A stretch of 64,000 bases of DNA from Vicinamibacterales bacterium. GTDB lineage: Bacteria > Acidobacteriota > Vicinamibacteria > Vicinamibacterales > 2-12-FULL-66-21. Location of the stretch: the NCBI GenBank assembly GCA_036258175.1, contig DATAEE010000314.1, forward strand, positions 11,268 through 75,267, in the 5' to 3' direction. Positions 56,450 through 64,000 of the stretch are shown here, piece by piece. Positions within the stretch are counted from its first letter, which is position 1, and each line of letters begins with the position of its first letter. The notes below the pieces were generated by a model. That model did no database searches. It worked only from the letters and a program-made list of their open reading frames with translations, and was not told the DNA's origin. The position numbers and the translations under genes are program-made.

Positions 56450-56551
56450 CTTCGCTGAGACGACCCTAAAGGGTCGTTCTACGTCCTTCGCTGAAACGAT
56501 GCTAAAGCATCGTTCTACTCTTCGCTGAGACGACCCTAAGGGTCGTTCTAC
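56450..56551. repeat. Three tandem 32-33 bp hairpin-containing repeats between argS and the amidotransferase gene
   Basis: Copies are at 56450-56482, 56486-56518 and 56520-56551. The consensus is CTTCGCTGA(G/A)ACGA(CC/TG)C-TAA(A)-G(GG/CA)TCGTTCTAC. Copy 2 carries compensatory stem changes. Confidence 0.9.
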
Positions 56552-58578
56552 ATGCGTGTCGGCACGGCGCATCCCATGAGGTCCAGCGCGCGCGTGATCT
56601 GCATCCGGAAGTACGACGCCACGGCGGCGCGCCAACGCTTCGCGTCGGCACGCTCCTCGTTCAGGATGGGATAGCGGTGGTAGAACGCGTTGAACGCCTG
56701 TGCGAGCCCGAACGCGTATTTCGCGACGACAGCGACCTCGTTGCTGCGGAGCGCCTGATCGACGATCTCGTCCAGCCGCGCGGCTTCGAGGGCGAGACCC
56801 CACAGGTCATCTCCTTCGGCGCCCGTCGTCAGGACCTCGGGCGGGGTCGACGCCAACGCGGCGAGGACGGCTGCCTCGTCGGTGCCCTCCCGCTCCTTCA
56901 TCTTCTGAAAGATGTTGGACGCCCGCACCGCAGCGTATTGCAGGTACGGGCCGCTCTCTCCCTCGAAGCTGAGCGCCTCGTCGATGTCGAAGATGATGAT
57001 CTTGCCGAGGGAGAACTTCACCATGAAGTAGCGCAGCGCTGCTGTTGCGATAGTCTCCGCGGTCGCGCGCGCCTCGGCTTCGCTCGATTCCGGATTTCGC
57101 TTCCGGACCTCGGCGAGCGCCTTCTCCGCCAGTCGATCGATCAGCTCGTCGGCCTTGACACCGAGCCCCTTGCGGCCGGAAACCTCGACAAAGGGTTTGC
57201 CACTTTCGTCCGCCGGATACCCGAGCTCACGCGCTGTGGCGTGAGACAGCGCCACCATCTCATACGCGAAATGTGTCGCCCGCTCTGCTTCTTTCGTGTA
57301 GCCCATCGTCGCCAGCGCCTGCTTCAGGAGCTTCTGCAGGTATGACTGACGCGTATCGATGACGTTGTAGGTCCGCTCGCCAGCGCCGAATGAGGGGACG
57401 CCGTTGACCCCACCAGGCCGGCCGCGTTCGTCCGACGTCGTGGCCCACAGCACGCGGCCGTGGGCATCGTGCGAGAACTCACGGTAGCGGAAGTCCTTGC
57501 CGAGCAGTCCGAATTTCCAGAACTGGTTCGCAATGTCCTTTCCGACGTAGGTGACGGTGCCGTCGGATCGAACGATGACCTTCTCCCGCTGATCGTCTTC
57601 CTCGTCGCCCTGGCCGTTGGCTTCCAGCTGGGGGTCCTTTGCGGAGTCGACCAGCGGATCGTCCTTGATCTCCATCACCCAGCAGCCTGCGAGCTTACCC
57701 TCGGCCCGGCGATAAATCGTTCCGCGCTCCTTGAGGATCTCGAAAGCCCGTGCCCAGAATCCGAGTCGCAGGATATCCCCCTCCCAGGTCAGCAGGTCGT
57801 AGCCAATCCTGAGGCGCTCCATCGTCGCGAGGTGGTGACGCACTATCCGGTCGGCGATGAAGGCGCCCAGCGCCGCGTTGTCGTTGCCGCCGTGCTCGAG
57901 GTCATGCAGCGTCGCCTTGCGAATCTCCAGGCGGGCCTTGTCCTGCTCGTACCACTCGGTCACTTTCGCGTAAAGATCCCAGCAATAGACGTCGAACGGC
58001 GTGGAGTCCGCGAGCCGCCGGACGTCCTCCAGGTCCTTCTGTTGCAGGTACCGGAAGCCAACGACGACGTCGGCAACCTGGACGCCGGTGTCGTCGATGT
58101 AGTTCTGGACCTCGACGGGGCTGCCGCCGAACCGAATCAACCGCACGAGCGTGTCGCCGAGCGCGGAGTTTCGCAAATGGCCGATATGGGCAGCCTTGTT
58201 CGGGTTGATTGCGGTGTGCTCGACGATGACTTTCCCTCCCGCGCGGGGCGCGGGCCTCGGGCCGCGGGCCTCGAGCCACTCGCTCAGCAGCCGGGGCCGG
58301 TCGAGGAAGACGTTGATGTAGCCGTTCGGCGCAGCCTCGACCTTAATGACGCCATCGATCGGTCCGAGCGCAGCCGCGATCTCCTGCGCGATCGCTCGCG
58401 GCGCTTTCCGCAGCTTGCGCGCGAGCTCGAAGGCCAGCGGGACGGCCAGGTCGCCGAGCGCGCGGCGCGGCGGCGACTCGATGGCGAACGCGGGAATGTC
58501 GGCGGGGTCGAGCGAGTAGAGCGTGCGCACCGTCTCGAGAATGCGCGAGCGCAGGATGTCGTGCAGCGGAAGAATCAT
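56548..58578 (-). CDS. argS: Arginine--tRNA ligase (long form, 676 aa)
   Basis: It has an N-terminal Arg-tRNA-synthetase additional domain, the HIGH motif NPNKAAHIGHLRN, and a C-terminal DALR-type anticodon-binding region ending in M. Confidence 0.9.
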   Translation of the reverse strand: MILPLHDILRSRILETVRTLYSLDPADIPAFAIESPPRRALGDLAVPLAFELARKLRKAPRAIAQEIAAALGPIDGVIKVEAAPNGYINVFLDRPRLLSEWLEARGPRPAPRAGGKVIVEHTAINPNKAAHIGHLRNSALGDTLVRLIRFGGSPVEVQNYIDDTGVQVADVVVGFRYLQQKDLEDVRRLADSTPFDVYCWDLYAKVTEWYEQDKARLEIRKATLHDLEHGGNDNAALGAFIADRIVRHHLATMERLRIGYDLLTWEGDILRLGFWARAFEILKERGTIYRRAEGKLAGCWVMEIKDDPLVDSAKDPQLEANGQGDEEDDQREKVIVRSDGTVTYVGKDIANQFWKFGLLGKDFRYREFSHDAHGRVLWATTSDERGRPGGVNGVPSFGAGERTYNVIDTRQSYLQKLLKQALATMGYTKEAERATHFAYEMVALSHATARELGYPADESGKPFVEVSGRKGLGVKADELIDRLAEKALAEVRKRNPESSEAEARATAETIATAALRYFMVKFSLGKIIIFDIDEALSFEGESGPYLQYAAVRASNIFQKMKEREGTDEAAVLAALASTPPEVLTTGAEGDDLWGLALEAARLDEIVDQALRSNEVAVVAKYAFGLAQAFNAFYHRYPILNEERADAKRWRAAVASYFRMQITRALDLMGCAVPTRM

Positions 58579-58610
58579 GAAAAAGATTAAGATATCAAGA
58601 ATACCTGCGC

Positions 58611-59183
58611 ATGGGCGAGAGCCGCATCGGTCGAATCCTCGTCGCCAGCCTCCATCAGGCGATCGCTGACTTGCTTCCCACTCGCCTCGAGTTCTACGAG
58701 AACTGGCTCAACTCTTCCGGGCTGCGCGAGGGAACGATCGGGCTCGCCGCCGTGTCGGCTGTTCTCGGTTTTCTCCGCACGGAAGGCGAAGCGTACGGGC
58801 TGGTCACGACACGCGCCGGCGAATACGCGGCGGACTGGACGGTCGCGTCGATGGCGCGCGGCAGGCGGCGGCTGCTCCTCGCGCTGCCGTCATCGCTTCG
58901 TGCCCGCGCCGCGCTGCGCATCGCACGCGGTCTCATCCGCGACACGTATCCAGGCAGCCGCGCGCTGGTGCGGATTCGCCGCGGCGTCGCCCGCGTCGAC
59001 CTGCGCGGCTCGCTGTTCTGCGAGGTTCGGGAACAGGTCGAATTGCCGCTCTGCGGCTTCTACGCCGCGGCGCTTCGCCGGACGCTTGAGGCGTTCGAGG
59101 TTGGCGCGGACGCCCGGGTCGAGCATTGCCGCGCCACAGGTGCCCGAGGGTGCCACTTGATCCTGTCTCTTCGACATGCCTGA
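58611..59183 (+). CDS. Hypothetical protein, possibly V4R-like (C-terminal Cys pattern)
   Basis: 190 aa. The C-terminal CGFYAAAL....... C.A.G...C resembles V4R-type small-molecule-binding domains, but only weakly. Confidence 0.4.
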   Translation: MGESRIGRILVASLHQAIADLLPTRLEFYENWLNSSGLREGTIGLAAVSAVLGFLRTEGEAYGLVTTRAGEYAADWTVASMARGRRRLLLALPSSLRARAALRIARGLIRDTYPGSRALVRIRRGVARVDLRGSLFCEVREQVELPLCGFYAAALRRTLEAFEVGADARVEHCRATGARGCHLILSLRHA

Positions 59184-60687
59184 AACCGCGCTCAATCGCC
59201 CCTGCCGAGTCGCCGCCGCGCTGGCTTTGATCGCTCTGGTGGTGGCGCCTCCGCCAGCGCGCGCCGCCGAACGCCTGCTCGTCGTTCCGCTCGAGAACAA
59301 CCGGAACGAGCCGAGCATTTACTGGCTGAGCGAAGCGTCCGCGATTCTGCTGGCCGACAACCTCAATGCACTCGGTGTCTCCGCAATCACCCGGCCGGAA
59401 CGCGTGCGGGCGTTCGAGACGCTCCACCTGCCTGCTTCGGCCACCTTGAGCCGGGCCACATTAATCAGAGTCGGGGAGTTGGCGGGCGCGTCAGGAATCG
59501 TCGTGGGCACGATCGAGCGCCAGGAACAGCAGTTAATCGTCCGCGCACGCACGATTCGGCTCGACAGCGGACGCCTGAACCCCGAGGTCGTCGAACGTGG
59601 GGCACTCGCGGACCTCTTCGGGGTCTTCGAGCGCGTCGCCCGAAAGCTGCTGGGCCGCTCGGCCGACGGGCCGGCGCTCGAAAGTCGCCCGCCGCTTCTC
59701 GCCTTCGAGAACTACGTGAAGGGGCTCGTCGCCGAGAGCCCGGCGGCGCAGGAGCGCTATTTGCAGCGCGCCGTCGAGCTGTACAAAGAGGACGATCGCG
59801 CGTGGCTGGCGCTGTGGGAGGTCTGGACCGAGGCCGGGCAACACGAAAAAGCGCTGCAAGCGGCGCGCACGGTTCCGGCGGGTTCGCGCTTCGCTCGACG
59901 AGCGCGCTTTCGCGCCGGCTTGTCGGAGCTGGAGCTTGGCCGCGACGCCGAGGCGTTCACGACGTTCAAGGCACTGGATTCAGAGCGCCCGGCGCCGGAG
60001 CTCCGCAACAATCTCGGCATCGTCCAGCTCCGGCGGGGAGGGACGGCGGAGACAGGACGTTCCACCTGGTTTTTCACGCTCGCGGCTGATGCCGACAAGG
60101 ACGATCCCGACTACTGCTTCAACCTCGGCTACGCGTACGCGCTCGAAAACGACACGGCGGCCGCGGTGTATTGGCTTCGCGAAGCCGTCCGCCGGAACCC
60201 GGCCGACGGAGATGCGCATCTCGTCCTGGGAGCGGTACTCGAAGCGCGCGGCTCTAGCGTGGAGGCGGCCCGTGAGCGCGAACTCGCGCGGCAGTTGTCC
60301 TCCAAGTACAACGACGCATCCGGTCCGGCCATTCCGAAAGGCCTCGAGCGGATCAAGACGACGATCGACCTGCCCCGGGCGCAGCGCGTCGAATCGACGA
60401 TCGCCACGCCCGCGGAACGCGACCAACGTGAGCTGGCGGCGTTTCACCTCGATCGTGGACGACGGCTCTACGAAGAACTGCGGGACAGGGAAGCGCTGGG
60501 CGAACTCCAGAAATCGATCTACCTGTCGCCGTATCAGGCCCAGGCGCAATTCCTCGTAGGACGGATCCACCTTCGGAACGGGCGCGTACGCGAGGCCATC
60601 GATGCCCTGACCGTGTCGATCTGGATCGAGGACACGCCCGCCGCCCGCGACGCGCTCGCCGAAGCGCGCCGCCTATTACCGAAGTAG
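59176..60687 (+). CDS. TPR-repeat protein with an N-terminal TolB-N/LpoB-like domain and a signal peptide
   Basis: The signal is AAALALIALVVAPPPARA. LLVVPLEN......YWLSEA is followed by multiple TPR-like helical pairs. Confidence 0.65.
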   Translation: MPETALNRPCRVAAALALIALVVAPPPARAAERLLVVPLENNRNEPSIYWLSEASAILLADNLNALGVSAITRPERVRAFETLHLPASATLSRATLIRVGELAGASGIVVGTIERQEQQLIVRARTIRLDSGRLNPEVVERGALADLFGVFERVARKLLGRSADGPALESRPPLLAFENYVKGLVAESPAAQERYLQRAVELYKEDDRAWLALWEVWTEAGQHEKALQAARTVPAGSRFARRARFRAGLSELELGRDAEAFTTFKALDSERPAPELRNNLGIVQLRRGGTAETGRSTWFFTLAADADKDDPDYCFNLGYAYALENDTAAAVYWLREAVRRNPADGDAHLVLGAVLEARGSSVEAARERELARQLSSKYNDASGPAIPKGLERIKTTIDLPRAQRVESTIATPAERDQRELAAFHLDRGRRLYEELRDREALGELQKSIYLSPYQAQAQFLVGRIHLRNGRVREAIDALTVSIWIEDTPAARDALAEARRLLPK

Positions 60688-60688
60688 C

Positions 60689-60706
60689 GCAGCCCTTCAG
60701 GGCTGC
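60689..60706 (+). terminator. Stem-loop GCAGCCC-TTCA-GGGCTGC immediately after the TPR gene stop
   Basis: A 7-bp GC stem 2 nt after the TAG, followed by TTCGGG, which is only a weak U-tract. Confidence 0.4.
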
Positions 60707-60720
60707 TTCGGGCACTCTCG

Positions 60721-60737
60721 TGTTACCATCGAGCGTC
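60721..60737 (+). promoter_or_regulatory. Conserved 17-mer TGTTACCATCGAGCGTC (extended -10-like) 2 nt upstream of the GTG
   Basis: 16 of 17 positions are identical to 37620-37636, with identical spacing to the start codon. Confidence 0.4.
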
Positions 60738-60739
60738 AC

Positions 60740-61393
60740 GTGCCTGAACCTCTCCCACACGTCGAGGACGAGTTCCACGAGATTCAGCTGAGCGGGAAGC
60801 AACTGGTCTTCCTGTTCATGGCGACGACCGTTGTCGCGGTTGTCATCTTTCTGTGCGGCGTGCTCGTCGGACGCGGCGTGCGTCCGTCCACGACATCCGG
60901 GACCGCCAGCGCGGCATCGATCGCGCCGGCGCCAGTGCCCGTGGAGAGCATGCCGTCCCCGGCGGCGACTGCAGGATCGCCGCCTCCCGCACCGCCGGCG
61001 ACCGCCGAAGATCTCAGCTACCACAAGCGTCTTCAGGGTGAACCCGGGACCGCCGGAGGCGCAGCGGGCGCGGACGAGAAGCTGAAAACGCAGGAGACCG
61101 AACCGCCGAAGCCGGTCGATCCGCCGGCCGCAAAGGCGTCGGCGCCGCCGCCCGGCCCTGAGGGCGGTTGGGTCGTGCAGATCGCGGCGCTGCGCGATCG
61201 TGCGGCGGCGGACGCCATCGTCCGTCGCCTGACCGCCAAGGGTTATCCCACGTTCATGCTCGAAACCGGGCCGGGCACGCCGGCGCCGGGGTATCGCGTG
61301 CGGGTCGGGCGGTACGGCGATCGCCGCGAGGCGGAGCAGATCGCACGGCGGCTGGAGAGAGAAGAGCAATTCCGTCCGTTCATCACTCGCTAG
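60740..61393 (+). CDS. SPOR domain-containing protein (membrane anchored)
   Basis: TM helix is LVFLFMATTVVAVVIFLCGVLVG. A Pro/Ala linker follows. The C-terminal SPOR pattern is GWVVQIAALRDR..A...V..L...GY........YRVRVGRY....EAE. Confidence 0.75.
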   Translation: MPEPLPHVEDEFHEIQLSGKQLVFLFMATTVVAVVIFLCGVLVGRGVRPSTTSGTASAASIAPAPVPVESMPSPAATAGSPPPAPPATAEDLSYHKRLQGEPGTAGGAAGADEKLKTQETEPPKPVDPPAAKASAPPPGPEGGWVVQIAALRDRAAADAIVRRLTAKGYPTFMLETGPGTPAPGYRVRVGRYGDRREAEQIARRLEREEQFRPFITR

Positions 61394-62922
61394 CGCGCCG
61401 CCCCGTTCCGCTTGCCCTGCTGTCCGGCGCGCTCCTCGCGTTGAGTTTCCCGAAATTTGGACATCCAGCAGCGGGATGGGTAGCCCTCGCGCCTTTGCTG
61501 GTCACCCTGCCCGGCCTTCGGCCGCGGCGCGCGTTCACGCTTGGCTTCCTCACCGGCGCGGTGTATTTCTGGGGCACCCTCTACTGGCTCGTCGCGGTGA
61601 TGACGACGTTCGGCGGGCTGAACACGGCGGCGGCCGCCGGGTCGGCGACGCTGCTCATCATCTATCTCTCTCTGTATCCGGGTCTGTTCGCTCTGGCTGT
61701 GGCCTGGCTGTGCTCACGGCTCGGACTGCGGGCTCTTGCATTCGTGCCGGCCCTCTGGGTCACGACAGAGCTCGGACGGATGTACGTGTGGAGTGGCTTT
61801 CCATGGGCGCTCCTCGGCTACAGCCAGGCGACGGTGTTGCCTGTCGCGCAGCTCGCGTCAATCGTCGGCGTGTTCGGCATGTCGTTCCTCGTTGCCTCGG
61901 TCAGCGCGGCGCTGACGTACGCGTGGATCCAGAGACGTGCGATGCCGCTGGCCGCCACCGCTGCGGCTGTTCTCGCCATTGCCGCCTGGGGCGCGTGGCG
62001 TATGAGCACGAACACGCTGATCCGGGAAGGCGATCGGATCCGCGTGGCAGTCCTTCAGGCCAACATTGAGCAGGAGGACAAGTGGAACCCCGCGTTGAGC
62101 GACGCGATCTTCGATCGCTACCTGACGATGAGCCGACGCGCGCTCGCCGATCGGGCGGAATTCGTGATCTGGCCGGAGTCGTCCACGCCGTTCTACTTCG
62201 AGAACGATCCGCGCGGCGCGGAGATCCGGCTGCTCGCGCAGCAATCGCGATCGCCATTTCTCATCGGAAGCGACCAAATCGAGCCCGTACCCATGACGCA
62301 AACCGTCTCGGGCACGGGCGCCGGTCGTGCGGAGCACCGGATCTACAATGCGGCGTTTCTGGTTGGAACGGACGGCACGACGTCAGGCGCGTATCGGAAG
62401 ATCCACCTCGTGCCCTTTGGCGAGTACGTGCCATTGAAACGGCTGCTGTTCTTCGTCGGTCCGCTCGTCGAAGCGGTCTCCGACTTCTCGCCTGGCGACA
62501 CCGCTTCGACGCTGCCCGTGGCGGGCCGAACCGCCAGCGTCGCGATCTGCTATGAGGTGATCTATCCCTCGCTCATTCGCAGCTTCGTGACCGCTGGAAG
62601 TGAACTGCTCACGACCATCACGAATGACGCGTGGTACGGTCGATCGTCCGCTGCGTATCAACACTGGGAACAGGCGACGCTCAGGTCAATTGAGGAGGGT
62701 CGGTATCTCGCGCGCGCCGCGAATACCGGCATCAGCGGCTTCGTCGATCCGTACGGCCGCATATTAGCGGCGTCGCCGCTGTTCGAACAGGCGGTGCTCG
62801 TCGCGGATCTGCGGTTCATCCGCAAGCGGACGATCTACAGCCGCACGGGAGATCTCGTCGCGTGGCTCAGTCTTCTCGGTTCTGTATTCGGGATTCTGTA
62901 CTCTAAAATTAGAAAACAATGA
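61168..62922 (+). CDS. lnt: Apolipoprotein N-acyltransferase (start uncertain; the conserved protein begins near 61390-61405)
   Basis: CN-hydrolase catalytic contexts are VIWPESS (Glu), YRKIHLVPFGEYVP (Lys) and VAICYEVIYP (Cys), after multiple N-terminal TM helices. The only canonical in-frame starts are TTG 61168 and TTG 61441. Confidence 0.85.
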   Translation: MGRADRGAARSCGGGRHRPSPDRQGLSHVHARNRAGHAGAGVSRAGRAVRRSPRGGADRTAAGERRAIPSVHHSLARRPVPLALLSGALLALSFPKFGHPAAGWVALAPLLVTLPGLRPRRAFTLGFLTGAVYFWGTLYWLVAVMTTFGGLNTAAAAGSATLLIIYLSLYPGLFALAVAWLCSRLGLRALAFVPALWVTTELGRMYVWSGFPWALLGYSQATVLPVAQLASIVGVFGMSFLVASVSAALTYAWIQRRAMPLAATAAAVLAIAAWGAWRMSTNTLIREGDRIRVAVLQANIEQEDKWNPALSDAIFDRYLTMSRRALADRAEFVIWPESSTPFYFENDPRGAEIRLLAQQSRSPFLIGSDQIEPVPMTQTVSGTGAGRAEHRIYNAAFLVGTDGTTSGAYRKIHLVPFGEYVPLKRLLFFVGPLVEAVSDFSPGDTASTLPVAGRTASVAICYEVIYPSLIRSFVTAGSELLTTITNDAWYGRSSAAYQHWEQATLRSIEEGRYLARAANTGISGFVDPYGRILAASPLFEQAVLVADLRFIRKRTIYSRTGDLVAWLSLLGSVFGILYSKIRKQ

Positions 62923-64000
62923 CCATCCAGCTCGACGACCAGGTCCGCCGGTATGAGGAACTCGTGAAGCGCGCGTCCGATCTGCGGAGCCATCTTTGAC
63001 GCGTCGAAGCTCGAGCCCGAGCTGGCTGCGATCGAAGCGAAAGTCTCCGAACCTGACTTCTGGAAGGATCAGGCCTCGGCGCAGAAGCTGCTGCAGCGGC
63101 GCCGCCGGCTGGAGGAGGACCGCGCTCTCGCGATCTCGCTGAAGCGCCGCGCCGACGATCTGGCCGTGCTCATCGAATGGGCGGAAGGGGGAGAGGCCGT
63201 CGGCGCGGAGCTCGATCAGGCGCTCGCGGCGCTCGCCGCGGAGGTCGAAGCGGGCGAGATCAAGAAGATGCTCGGCGGCGAGCACGATCGCAAGAACGCG
63301 ATCGTCGCGATTCATCCGGGGGCCGGCGGCACGGAGTCGCAGGATTGGGCGGAGATGCTGCTTCGGATGTACCTGCGATGGGCCGAGCGTCGCGGGTTGA
63401 AGGCGGAGGTCGTCGATCTGCAGCCGGCCGAAGAAGCAGGGATCAAGGGCGCAACGGTGGAGGTCAAGGGCGAGTACGCCTACGGGTTGCTGCTCGCCGA
63501 GGCCGGCGTGCATCGGCTGGTGCGGATCTCGCCCTTCGACCAGGCGGCGCGCCGGCACACGTCGTTCGCGTCAGTGTACGTCTGGCCCGAGCTGCCAGAC
63601 GATGTGGACGTGGAGATCGACGAGAAGGATCTCCGCATCGACACGTTCCGCTCGAGCGGGCGCGGCGGCCAGCACGTCAACGTCACCGATTCCGCGGTCC
63701 GAATCACGCACCTGCCCACCGGCATCGTCACGCAGTGTCAGAACGAGCGGTCGCAGCACCGCAACCGGGACGCCGCCATGCGCGTGCTCAAGGCCCGGCT
63801 GTTCGACCTGAGGATGAAGGAGCAGCAGGCCAAGATGGAGCAGCTCGGGGGCGAGAAGAAGGACATCGCGTTCGGCAGCCAGATCCGGAGCTACGTCCTG
63901 CACCCCTATCAGCTGGTGAAAGATCACCGGACGAAGGAAGGACGCGGCGACGTCGACCGCGTCCTCGACGGCGACATCGACCCGTTCATCAAAACGTATC
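62919..64000 (+). CDS. prfB: Peptide chain release factor 2, with a programmed +1 frameshift; truncated by the window end
   Basis: Frame 0 gives MTIQLDDQVRRYEELVKRASDLRSHL, then TGA at 62997. The +1 frame from 62998 gives DASKLEPELAAIEAKVSEPDFWKDQ..., the SPF motif (RISPFD) and the GGQ motif (SGRGGQHVN). It is not in the ORF track. Confidence 0.9.
62985..63000 (+). promoter_or_regulatory. prfB autoregulatory +1 frameshift site (SD-like GGAG, then CTT TGA C)
   Basis: The sequence CGGAGCCATCTTTGAC matches the canonical slippery CTT-TGA-C context, with an upstream SD-like GGAG. Confidence 0.85.

Noticed and set aside
56450-56551. Possible CRISPR array (regularly spaced hairpin repeats).
   Set aside because: There are only three copies, they are directly abutting with 1-3 nt between them (no spacers), and no cas genes are present in the window.
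56447-56803. N-terminal extension of the amidotransferase ORF (track ORF 55757-56803), whose translation contains a repeated peptide.
   Set aside because: The extension is just the translation of the tandem hairpin repeats and the antisense of the argS 3' end. The conserved C26 protein begins at MKPIIGIT (56446).

Overview
This is a GC-rich window (about two-thirds G+C by eye, not computed). It is most consistent with an Acidobacteria-type chromosome, because it carries a VWFA-related Acidobacterial-domain protein. All family calls come from motifs read by eye; I ran no searches.

I support about 60 protein genes and one tRNA-Thr(CGU). I found no rRNA, CRISPR array, transposase, integrase or prophage genes.

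Most of the window (12-64 kb) is housekeeping:
- DNA repair: uvrA, mpg, uvrC.
- Stress and translation factors: the hsp20-htrA pair, efp, tdk.
- tRNA ligases: trpS, valS, argS.
- Chromosome and ribosome genes: scpA, scpB, an rluB-like pseudouridine synthase, and cmk-rpsA-ihfB.
- Metabolism: two acyl-CoA dehydrogenases, two tandem glutamate dehydrogenases, and a split methylmalonyl-CoA-mutase-type enzyme.
- Cofactor genes: nadC, birA, coaX.
- Envelope: lnt.
- A 3'-truncated prfB with the classical CTT TGA C +1 frameshift, which the ORF track misses.

The left 11.6 kb looks more accessory:
- a TetR regulator;
- a 1153-aa Ser/Thr kinase fused to a P-loop NTPase and TPR-like region;
- an Xre(DUF2384)/RES toxin-antitoxin pair;
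- an RRM protein, a B12-radical-SAM enzyme and a small-ORF string;
- a four-gene envelope cluster (two DUF5666-like lipoproteins, a membrane-anchored hexapeptide-repeat protein and an outer-membrane barrel).

I did not find a convincingly novel multi-gene system. The most unusual signals are small-scale and sit in non-coding DNA:
- a triple hairpin repeat with compensatory stem changes between argS and the next gene;
- an exact 10-mer (GATTGTGGAT) hairpin family at three gene boundaries;
- a near-identical 17-mer directly upstream of two unrelated envelope genes;
- a heptamer-built palindromic element after ihfB;
- an (AGTCCCT)4 array between the two gdh genes;
- an in-frame (GGTGCTCAA)n repeat encoding (Gly-Ala-Gln)n inside an amidohydrolase;
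- a recurrent arrangement of -10-like boxes 6-10 nt from start codons, which suggests leaderless mRNAs.

Many long ORFs in the track are GC-driven antisense shadows and were rejected.
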